Assembly: GCA_965112155.1 (NCBI GenBank)
Contig: OZ218104.1
Direction: 5' to 3' (one strand)
Length of the DNA: 64,000 bases
Source: Podarcis liolepis
Lineage: Eukaryota
The translations under genes and the position numbers were made by a program. Position 1 is the stretch's first letter. Each line of letters begins with the position of its first letter. Below are positions 53,567 through 64,000 of this stretch, one piece after another. Below the pieces are notes generated by a model. That model did not search any database. It saw only the letters and a program-made list of their open reading frames with translations, and was not told where the DNA came from.

Positions 53567-54222
53567 GCAGCCTGTTTGCTCAGTGGCCAGCCATAGGGCA
53601 TAGGAAGCTGTCAAACCACTGGCCCATCTAGCTCAGTATTGCCCACACTGACTGGCAGCAGCTTTCCAGGATATCAGACAGAGTTCTCTCCCAGCCCTAC
53701 CTGGAGATGTTGGGGATTGAACCTGGGACCTTCTGCATGCAAAGCAAGATGTCCTACCATTGAACTACAGCTCCAGATGCCTAAGGGAAGCCTGCAAGCA
53801 GGACCTGTGTCCTATAAAGGACATACAAAGGTAGGGTAGCTGCTGTAATGGCCTCTTCGTTATTTGCTGGACTGCAGCTCCTACCAACTCTGGCCATTGA
53901 CCAGGTTGGCTGGGACTGATAGGTAACTTGGTCCTCAGTGTTCTTGGAAGCCACACTTTGGAAGGTCTGTTAGGCTGATGAGTCCAGCTTGGTTGCCATG
54001 GGTTGGATGGGCATGGTGCCCTTTGCTTTTCAGTTATTGGGGTTGGAGGAACTGGGGCCAAAGCTACCAGACAGGGGGGAACAGCTGGAAACGCATTCAT
54101 CGATAGTTCAGTTGAATTTCCTAAAGCGTTTGGGCAAGGGTGCAGCCTGATTTGTGGTAGGAGGGATGTTTCAACCGGTTAGATTCCATGAGGTCACCAA
54201 GACAGGGGAGGTGCTGGAGCTT

Positions 54223-55865
54223 CTACCAGCGCAACACAAGGAGGACAGGGAGTGTGAGCACAGCAGGCAGCAGTTTGGGATGGTCTCCATTGCTAGGGTA
54301 CCCATAGTCTGTTCGGCATGTCCCCTCCAAGTTCTTAAAGTCAATGGGTCCATCATCAGGAACTATTTTTTCACGGGCCATTTCATCCCGCACCTAGTGG
54401 GAAAGAAAGTTCAGTTAGGGTGGCAGTCAACCTTTGCCCTACTCACAATACATCAACCAAAATCAATAAACCTGAGCTATTCATATTCATTACCTTCAGT
54501 TGGTCTACTCTCAGCAAGACTAGCATTATATTAATCCAGTTGCACGTTGCCTTATACTGAGTCAGACCATTAGTCCACTTGGTCTAGGACTGTCTATACT
54601 GACTGGCAGCACTTTCCAGCGTTTCAGGCAGGGAGTCCTTCCCAGCCCTACTAGGGATTGAACCTGGGACCTTCTGCCTGCCAGGCAGATGCTGTACCAC
54701 TTTTTACAAAAAAAGCGATTCTGAAATGGGATTGTCTTGCATGCAAAGGAAGGAGCCATATACTGCATCAGATCCATTGGTCCATCCTGCTCAGTATTGT
54801 CAGCACTGATTGTCAGTGGCTTTCCAAGATTCCAGGACTTTCTCCCCTCACTTGCAGTGTTTCTCTGCTAGTGTTGAAGATCCAGCTGCCATTCTGGTGG
54901 ACTGCTGTGCGTGGAATTGATGGGGTGTGAGCCATCTTCAGATAACAAAATGTCTTGGGCAGGGGGTTAGCATAAATAAGGGAAGAGACAGGGCCAAGAG
55001 GGGAACAGTCCTAGCAGTGCAAAGCATTATCTGAGGCTCTCTGTGTCCCCCTCCCAACGCTTCTGCAGACAGAGCCTTGCTGGTCTTGGCAGTCTCACCT
55101 GCTCCACTCTCTCAAAGACCCGCAGCAGGTTGTTGGTCAGGGCGTCTCTCACTTCCTTCTCAGTCCAGTTCCTCCTCAGCAGCTCTGCAACTAAGTCTGG
55201 GTATTTGGAGACATTTTCCAAACCATCTGGGACACTGTGTGGGCCAAAGAATGCCGGAACAAATCCAAGAGATGAGAGTTAAGAGTTCCCCGCACCCGGC
55301 AAAATCTCCTCATTTTACCCCAACAGAAGGGAAGCTTCAAGATGGGGCTGCATCTAGAAGGGTCAGCTCAGTAGCTTCTCTTTGATGGCTCATGCACCTT
55401 GATTGGCTGTATACCCTTGGTCAGGGTTCAAGAAGCCAACAAGAGACACCTCTGGGAACCCCTTGGCTCTTGGGTTGTATCTCTGAGATAGTTTTGGTGG
55501 AGCCACATATGCATATACAGTAATAGACATGCAACCATTGCAGCCTTCATGCTCCCAAGCGCCCTTGTTTTATTCTCTCTATTTATAAATCATCTCACAG
55601 CCAAAGTGGTGTACAATGCAAGAAAATGAGATGAAATACAAAAGAGACAGAGTTGAAAAATAATAAATCCATAATGACAATTGTACACTGTAATAAAATG
55701 AGTGGATCACTGATGGGGTTGGGCTACATGATCTTTGAGAGACCTTCCAATTCTGTGATCTATAATTATGCAAATTGTGGAGCTTCAATATCTGGGACCA
55801 TTGTGTCACCCCACAAGCATCACTGTAACAAAAAGGGGGCTGAGTACATTTTAAAAGTAACTTGC

Positions 55866-55905
<40 letters not shown>

Positions 55906-58900
55906 TAGTCAGTTACTTATGGTCTGCAAGTGGTCAGGTGAACTCTGATGGGTGAGGCATGAATATCTACTACGGCCAGGCTTTGGCCTGATTTGGCCCA
56001 GGCCAGCCTGACAGACTCAAAAACGGACATATCTGGGGTATTTGATATACCCTTCTATCTCCTCCCCCCCTTCCCCTGATACCTGGGAACACCATCATAG
56101 TCTCCTCCAAAGCCAACTGCCTCTGGTCCAGCAACACGCTTTACGTAGTCCATGTGGTCTGTGGGCAAGAAGTCTGGGAGGTCAACACCCTCACTGATTT
56201 TGTGTGCTTTGTTCCCTCCCACCCCACCTCCTCAGGTGTGCCCTCACCCCACCCTCTCTGCCTCACCTGCAACCTGTGTAAGGTTAGCTTTGGAGCTACA
56301 GGACACATAGGTGTTGTAGAAGTTCACCATCACAAGGCCACGGGTCTTGTTCTGTAGAAGGAAGGCAGGGGAGCCATTTCAGAGAAAGCAGGTTCCTGGG
56401 AAGAAGCTGGCACTCTAAGACAGGACTGGGCAGGCTTATGGTTTGTGGGATCCACTTTGGGGGTGATGTTTTTTATGAGAACCTCCAAGATCCACCAAGC
56501 AGAGCCATGTGCAAAATACAGGCCACTTAGAATTAAGGAAGCCCAGGCCCAGGAATTACTTCTGGTAAGCAAAAAACAAATTCCTGGGCTTGGAATTCAG
56601 TCATTCTAACCAAATGGAACAAAAATCCACTCCTAATTGCCCCAAGGTTGCCCTCCTCCCTATTTCAGCAGTATTATGTGTGTAAGTTTGCTGCTGCTAT
56701 TATTTAACCCAGGGACTGCTAACCTATTTGGACCAGTGGATACAGTTGGAATTTTGAGAGAAAGTCGGGAGTCACAAAAATGGCGGCCATTGAGTGGTGT
56801 GGCATAACACAAAATGGCTGCCATGGGGACCTTGGTGCTGCCTCATATCCTTAAGTCCTTAAGTCTCACATCTCTGGTACGAGGTCACTTTATAGCAGTC
56901 TGCACCATCCTGGTATCATCCAGATATTTAGGACTACAACTACCACCCATTTTGTGCTGTCTAAGAGTCATGACACAAAAGGAAAAGACACTGTGGGGTG
57001 GGGGCGGGAGGAGGAAAAAGGCAAGCTCAGGCATTAGTTCTTTGGGCAGGAGCTCATGGGAATTGTAACTATACCCCAAAACAGTTGGAGGGAACCAGGA
57101 TGACACAGGTTACCTTGCAACACACATCATAGTCTTTCTCACCACTTCGCGGAGGACATCATCTGGCACATTGCGCCGGTGTTTGCAGATGGCATAGGCT
57201 GAGGAGTGGCTGAATATCACAGGTGCTCTGGAGACATTCAAAGCATCTTTCATTGTCTTCACAGAGACGTGAGCCAAATCCACCATCATTCCCAGACGGT
57301 TCATCTCCCTGACCAAGCGCTTTGAGGGAGGAAAAACAGGGCAAGGGGTGGAGAGAGAGAGAGAAATTGGGTGCAGAGTAACCAGTGGGTCTCTTTGTAT
57401 TTCCCGAAGTTTTATGATCAAGAGGAGAGGGGAGTTTAACAAGCAGCTACAGTATGTGAGGACAAACCCTTCGAAGTGTCACTTACCAAGAGATAGACGC
57501 TCACTGAGTAGATTGTTAAGCTTAAAATCACTATTTTTGGGGGAAAGGTTCCCCCCCAAAAAGGTTAACAATTTTGGTGGGTTTCTGAAAAGAAAGGTGA
57601 ACAACTTTGCGGGTGTCAGGAATTTTACTTTTTGAAATATGGCAACCCTACCTAAAATCCTTTGCTTATTAGGGGCCACATCACATTTTCTTCATAAAAT
57701 TTTGCTTTGCACAGGTAACTACCATACCTGTTATCAAAATTTTCAAAAGTAGAGGGTCCATGGCTTTGGAAAAATAGGGGGTCCTAAGTAATTAGCTAAT
57801 TGGGAACCACTGCGCAAAGTTGTGGAATTCCTTCTCCACGGAGATGTGTCTGGCTTACTATGCAGCTTTCAGCAAATGCTGAAGACGTACATCTTTGACA
57901 ACTGAGGTGTGCATTTTTAGGGCCTGTTATGTAGTGTAGTTTCACCCTGGGCCAACAGGGGGATACTGTATATAGTTTTCACTCAGGTCTGTAGATAGTT
58001 TTCACTCAGGTCCGCGGCAGTTATTTTAGGCGGGAACTCTGGGCTGTTGTGGTTACAATGTTGACAGCCGGCTGCCTATAAATACAGGCCGGCTGAGCTG
58101 TTCGCAGGCAGTTCTATTCCAGCTTACCAGAATAAAAGAGCTACTTGAAGAAATCGCTGTGCCGGCTGCTATGTCAACCCACGACTTAACACTGGCGACG
58201 AGGGTGGGATGGATGGACATCAGAGCACAGCCAGATGCGGCCAGCCTCTGAACTGAGCTGAATCACAGAGCGAAATCACTGAGCGAAATCACTGGGCAGA
58301 ACCAATTCAGAGCTGACTGTTCTGGCTGGAGCACTGTGTTCCATCCATCGCCCTTCACGCCGGCATCGGAATCATGGCTTCACTTGTGCCTCTACCGCCG
58401 TTTGCGCCAGCCTCTGAATCATGGGACTCCTACCTCGCTCGGTTCGACTGCTACCTCCAAGCCAACGAGCTGACAGCAGTATCAACGGATCGGAAGCGGG
58501 GCCTATTCCTCAGCCTCTGTGGGCCTGAGGTGTTTGAGACGGCCCGAGCATTGGTTGCGCCTGAAGCAGTCCAGGCAACACCATGGGACACGATCCAAGA
58601 GAAGCTCCGCAACCACTACGCACCGAAGCCGTCCAAGATTGCTGCCCGCCATGCATTCTACCACCGGAACCAGGCAGAGGGGGAGTCAATCAACAACTAC
58701 ACCACCGCCCTGCGACAGGCTGCAATGCACTGTGAGTTCCGAGACTTAGACGATGCCCTGATGGATCGAATCGTCTGCGGGGTCCGTGACATCCATCTGC
58801 AACGGCGTCTCCTAGCCAAGCCAGACCTCACACTACAGAAAGCCATTGAGGAGGCTGTGGCCTCAGAAGCTGCTGAACGCTCCGCCCAGGAGATCCGCAA

Positions 58901-61900
58901 GTCCAGCAGCCCGCGTCTTGCTAGGGAGCCAGTTCCGGTGCATCATGAAGAGGCCAGCAGTGATGAGGCATCCTCCAGTGAAGACGATGACGTGCACCAG
59001 ACAAAGCGGGAGCGCAGGAAGTTCCAACAGAAGTCCAAGGGCCAACCGGAATGTGCTGGCTGCGGAGGCAACCATTCCCGTGCCAAGTGTCGATTCAGAG
59101 ACGCCATCTGTAGGAAATGTTCCAGAAGGGGCCACATCGCTAAGGTCTGCCGATCGGCTCCGTCTGACACCCCCCCTTCATCGACTCGCAAGTCCAAGTC
59201 TTCACTCCAGTCTGCCAAGGAAAGTTGTTTCGCTCTCACCAACTGCCGCTGCCCATCTGGAACCACGATTGGCCAAACCGACTCGCCTACGCGACGCAAG
59301 CTGAACGTCACGGTGCTCATTGAAGGAGCTCCATGCGACATGGAGATCGACACCGGGTCTTCCCTGTCCATCGTGTCATGGAGCACCATCAAAAGACTGG
59401 TACCCAGAGTGTCCAAAAGGCAACTCGACTCTCACCGCGTACACCTGAGAGACTACCAGGGAAACGACGTTCCCGTGGTAGGCGTTGGCCGGTTCCGGAT
59501 CGCCTTCAAGGATTTTTCGGGCCTACTCCGGTTGGTGGTGGTCGAAGGTCAGCGGCCAAGCCTCCTAGGGCTAGACTGGTTTGATGCCCTCGGCCTGGAA
59601 GTCACCGGCATCAACTGCATCTCTAACGCAGAGACTGAGGGTCTGGTCAAAGACTTTGCCGAGGTTTTTGACGGCACCTTGGGGCAATATACAGGTACGC
59701 CCATCTCCTTTAGCCTTGATCCAAAAGTCGCCCCCATCAAGCTAAAGCCACGCCGGGTTCCCTTTGCTCTCAAGGCTAAGGTGGACGAACAACTGGACAA
59801 ACTGATCGCCCAAGGAGTGTTGGAGCCGGTTGACCATGCAAAGTGGGAAACCCCCATCGTCACGCCTGTCAAGCCAGATGGATCGGTGAGAATCTGCGCT
59901 GACTACAAGTGCACGATCAACAAGGCACTTCAGCAGCACGCTTATCCGGTTCCTGTTGTCCAACACCTGCTGCATTCCCTGGGTGAGGGTAAGGTCTTCG
60001 CTAAGCTGGACCTTGCCCAAGCCTATCAACAACTGCCAGTCGATGATGCCACTGCTGAAGCCCAGACGATCGTCACCCACCGGGGGGCATTCCGTTGCCG
60101 CCGGTTGCAGTTCGGGGTGAGTGTGGCTCCTGGCATCTTCCAAAGCATTATGGAGCGTCTCCTGCAAGGGCTTCCGGGCGTGGTACCATATTTTGACGAC
60201 GTCTTGGTGTCTGCAGACTCACACCAGCAGCTGTTCGAGCGCCTCCGTGCCGTGCTGACCAGGTTCCAGGAGGCCGGGCTCAAGGTAAAGAGGGAGAAGT
60301 GCCAGATTGCCGTTCCACAGGTAGAGTTCCTGGGCTATCTTATCGATGCCTCTGGCCTTCATCCAACCACATCCAAGATCCGCGCTATCCAGCAGGCCCC
60401 CACCCCAAAGAACAAAACGGAGTTGCAGGCATTCCTGGGGCTGCTGAACTTTTATAACATGTTCCTGCCCCACAAAGCCACAGTGGCTGAGCCTCTTCAC
60501 CGACTCCTTAGCACTAAGACGCCTTGGGCCTGGGGTCATCGGGAGACGGCGGCCTTCAACGCGGTCAAGGCTCTCCTTTCTTCAGACAGTGTGCTGGTAC
60601 AGTACAGTGAATCCAGGCCGCTGGTCCTTGCCTGCGACGCCTCACCTTTTGGCATAGGTGCTGTCCTTAGTCACCGTTTTCCAGATGGAAGAGAAGCACC
60701 GCTCGCTTACTTTTCCAGAACACTATCTCCGACGGAACGGAATTACAGCCAGCTCGACAAGGAGGCATTGGCACTTGTGGCTGGAGTGAAGAGGTTCCAT
60801 GAATACCTCTATGGCAGGACTTTTGACCTCATCACTGACCACAAGCCACTCCTGGGCCTCCTCGCCGGTGATCGTCCAACTCCACCGGTCCTCTCACCAC
60901 GCATGCTGCGATGGACTGTTTTCCTGGCTGCCTACCACTACCGGATCATCCATCGCCCGGGGAAATCGATGGGCCATGCCGATGCCCTCAGCCGTTGCCC
61001 TCTTCCAGCATTTGTGGAAGACCCGGCTCCAGCTTCATCGCTCCTTCTGATTGAGGATCTTCCGGCAGCGCCTGTATCGGCTGCCACTGTGGCCTCCGCG
61101 TCTGCCCAGGATCGCACCATCAGCCGGGTGCTCAACTGGGTGTGGAGGGGGTGGCCACAAGGGCTTTTTGCATCAGAGTTCCAGCCTTTCGCAACCAGAC
61201 AACATGAACTCTCAGCTCATCGCGGCTGTCTGCTGTGGGGAGACCGCGTCGTGATTCCCCAGGGACTCCGTCAGCGCGTCCTGGAGGCTCTGCACGTTGG
61301 CCACCCGGGAATTGTCAAAATGAAGGCGTTGGCTCGGTGTTACGTCTGGTGGCCTAATATGGACGATGCCATCACTGCCTGGGTGTCCGCCTGTCAAGCG
61401 TGCCAAGAGTCGAGGCCTGCACCACCGGCAGCTAAGGGACACACCTGGGAGACGCCAAAGACACCCTGGTCGAGGGTGCACATCGATCTGGCTGGCCCCT
61501 TTCACGGCCGAACCTTTATGGTAGTGGTGGACGCCTATTCCAAATGGCTGGAGGTCGCCCTGATGCCCTCCACCACCACCGAAGCTGTCATCCGGGTGCT
61601 GCGAGGCCTGTTTGCAACGCATGGGTGTCCTGATGTCCTTGTCTCTGACAACGGACCGCAGTTCACGTCAGGCACGTTTGAGCGGTATCTTTTGGGACTG
61701 GGCTTCCGCCATGCCCTAACGGCACCCTTTCATCCATCCAGCAACGGGCAAGCGGAAATAATGGTGCGCTCAACAAAAGAGGCACTGGCACGCCTGGACC
61801 GGGGAGACTGGCATGAGCGGGTCGCCGAATACTTGTTCGTGCAACACATCACCCCTCATGCGGCCACAGGGAGGAGTCCTGCTGAACTGCTTATGGGCCG

Positions 61901-63511
61901 CCGCCTCAGGTCACCGCTCGACCGGCTACACCCAGACTTTGCCGTGGCTGAACCCCCAGGCTGTGCCAACGCACCACGGTCATTTGTCCCAGGAAACCAG
62001 TCTTTGCCCGGAACTATGTGGGGGACATCCCTTGGGTGCCAGCCACAGTAGTGGGAGTCACTGGACCTCGCTCGTACCAGGTGGCACTCGAAGACGGACG
62101 CTTGTGGCGACGGCACATAGACCAGCTTAGGCGCAGGGTTGGGGACTTGGACACTACCGAGGTGCCCCCAACTGCGCTTGCGGCTCCAGAAGAGACACGT
62201 ACAGATGGCGAGGCCCCACTTACACCTCCCTCGCAAACTGCCAGCGTGGAGCCGAACCAAGCCGTTTCAGAACAGACTCAGACCACTCCACTTGCGGAGG
62301 CTCCACCCACAGCAGCGGATCCAGGGGAGTTGGTTCCAACGCCACCTAGGGTCGCACCACAGCCTCAGCGAGAACTGCGTGGCCCTCCGGACTTGGCTAC
62401 CAGTCCCCGGCGGTCTGGCAGAGTTTCCAAGCGCCCAACTTATTTAAAGGACTATGTTGTTGGACAGGTATCACTGTTGGTCTAAGTATGGGAAATGTAA
62501 CCGATATGCTTTTGTGCCTAATTGAACCATTACGCGTAGTGCTGTATATAAGGAAACCATTACGATTGTAACTAACGCCTTATCTCGGTGGGGAGGGGTG
62601 TTATGTAGTGTAGTTTCACCCTGGGCCAACAGGGGGATACTGTATATAGTTTTCACTCAGGTCTGTAGATAGTTTTCACTCAGGTCCGCGGCAGTTATTT
62701 TAGGCGGGAACTCTGGGCTGTTGTGGTTACAATGTTGACAGCCGGCTGCCTATAAATACAGGCTGGCTGAGCTGTTCGCAGGCAGTTCTATTCCAGCTTA
62801 CCAGAATAAAAGAGCTACTTGAAGAAATCGCTGTGCCGGCTGCTATGTCAACCCACGACTTAACAGGGCCCACTCTATTCTTGTTAATGTAGCCTGTTTT
62901 AACTTTTTAATTCTGAATTTTAAATTGTTGCACCCTACCCTGGGATCTGATGGTGAAGGACAGGTGAAGAAGAAGAAGAAGAAGAGGAGGAGGAGGAGCC
63001 ACTGCCCAACAGGGGAGTAGATTGCCTCAGAAGAAATTTTCAAACAGAGATTGGGTGGTCAGGGATTCTTTACCTCCAATTCCTGAATTGGCCTTGATTA
63101 TTGTTGGCATCCTTTACAACTCTCCAGTTCTGTGGTTCTATGACGATGATGATATCACTCAAAGCATATCCACTTTCTTCCTATCCTTAGCTAAATCAGG
63201 CTATGGGGGGGGGGTTAGCAGCTTGCTAAAGTGTGACAGGGGCTCATGCAATTGTCACATTGGGAGTTGAACCTGAGCAAACAGGAAGGACCACAGCTCA
63301 GTGGCAGAGCATCTGCTTTGAATGCAGACGGTCCAATCCCTAGCATCTCCCAGCAGGGCTGAGAAAACAGACTCAGAATGAGAGTCAGACTGAGGAATGT
63401 CATATATTTCCATCAAAACTTGCTAGAGAGCTTCCACTCACCTTCCCAAATTCAGTCAAGCCATTGTGAACTGGTTCCTCCTCCGGGGTGTCCACCAGCC
63501 AGTTATCAGCC
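54223..63511 (-). CDS. DPEP1: Membrane dipeptidase 1 (GPI-anchored zinc peptidase, M19), 3' six exons: 63511-63442, 57319-57143, 56351-56267, 56158-56083, 55234-55099, 54393-54223; 5' part lies beyond the window
   Basis: Phase-consistent GT-AG exons. [68 protein letters not shown] plus a hydrophobic C-terminal tail (GPI-signal-like). Tail-to-tail with CHMP1A, as for mammalian DPEP1. Confidence 0.93.
55868..55903. repeat. (GT)n microsatellite in a DPEP1 intron
   Basis: Direct reading. Confidence 0.95.
57925..58191 (+). repeat. 5' LTR (267 bp) with TATAAATA (58077) and AATAAA (58131)
   Basis: Direct repeat of 62599-62865. Confidence 0.97.
58374..62485 (+). CDS. Gag-Pol polyprotein of the Gypsy element, frameshifted near 62000 (ORF 58374-62051; integrase C-terminal part continues in 62018-62485)
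   Basis: Two Gag zinc knuckles ([27 protein letters not shown]), protease IDTGS, RT YFDD, RNase H LACDAS...TDHKPL, integrase H..H..C..C plus IDLAG/SDNG/NGQAE, and tail WVPATV...WRRHIDQLR. Confidence 0.93.
62599..62865 (+). repeat. 3' LTR (267 bp)
   Basis: Identical to the 5' LTR except T at 62764 versus C at 58090. Confidence 0.97.
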
Positions 63512-63765
63512 CTGCCAAACGTTATAAAAGTTTTGGTTAATACACACTATCTTTTATGCATGTTCATAAGGGATGCATGTAGATAGGTGCATAATCCCAA
63601 ATATCCCCTTTCTGTCCTCAAATAAAATTACATTCACCCAAAACATCTCCTCTAAACCACAAGACTAAAACAGAAACACAGAGCAGGAGAAAGGCTATGT
63701 TTAGCCTTTAGTCCAATAATTATTTTATTGCATTACAATGTAATGTTGTAAATCGCTTTGATATA

Positions 63766-63990
63766 CAGTCGTACCTCGGAAGTTGAACAGAATCCATTCC
63801 GGAAGTCTGTTTAACTTCCGAAACCAAAGCGTGGCTTCTGATTGGATGCAGGAAGATCCTGCAGCCAATCGGAAGCTGTGGAAGCCCCACCGGACATTCA
63901 GCTTCCTAAAGAACGCCCGAAAACCGGAACACTCACTTCGGGAGCCAGAATGTTCGACTCCCAAGGCGTTCGGGAGCCTAGGTATGACTG
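63766..63990. mobile_element. Tigger-like MITE in a DPEP1 intron
   Basis: CAGTCGTACCTCGG...CCTAGGTATGACTG inverted ends, TA TSD. Confidence 0.8.
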
Positions 63991-64000
63991 TATTTCTATG

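Larger units (their letters stand above)
57925..62865 (+). mobile_element. Full-length Ty3/Gypsy LTR retrotransposon (Mag-like) in a DPEP1 intron, antisense to the gene
   Basis: LTRs 57925-58191 and 62599-62865 (267 bp, TGTTA...TAACA ends, one mismatch), TSD GGGCC, PBS 58193-58210, PPT ~62587-62598, single gag-pol ORF with order PR-RT-RH-IN. Confidence 0.97.

Overview
Vertebrate genomic DNA, most likely from a lacertid-type lizard (inferred from Sauria/Squam-type SINEs, CR1 tails and Tc1/pogo MITEs). It carries the gene block syntenic with human 16q24.3, in reversed orientation: SPATA2L (+, 462 aa), CDK10 (-, 13 coding exons, 366 aa), SPATA33 (-, two confident coding exons with a PxIxIT-type motif), CHMP1A (+, 7 coding exons, 196 aa) and the last six exons of DPEP1 (-). 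I reconstructed the exon chains by hand from GT/AG signals and phase. A young, full-length Mag-like Gypsy LTR retrotransposon (57925-62865) sits in a DPEP1 intron. It has 267-bp LTRs differing at one base, a GGGCC target-site duplication (TSD), a tRNA-Ser primer site and one frameshift. Other notable structures are a three-level L1-in-SINE-in-hAT nest, a TSD-bounded insertion at the CHMP1A poly(A) site, a hairpin-array MITE in SPATA33, and a CpG island at ~9.1-9.5 kb heading an unidentified spliced minus-strand transcript. I see no CRISPR array, rRNA or true tRNA, and no clearly new multi-gene system. Family names and protein comparisons are from recall, not from database searches.
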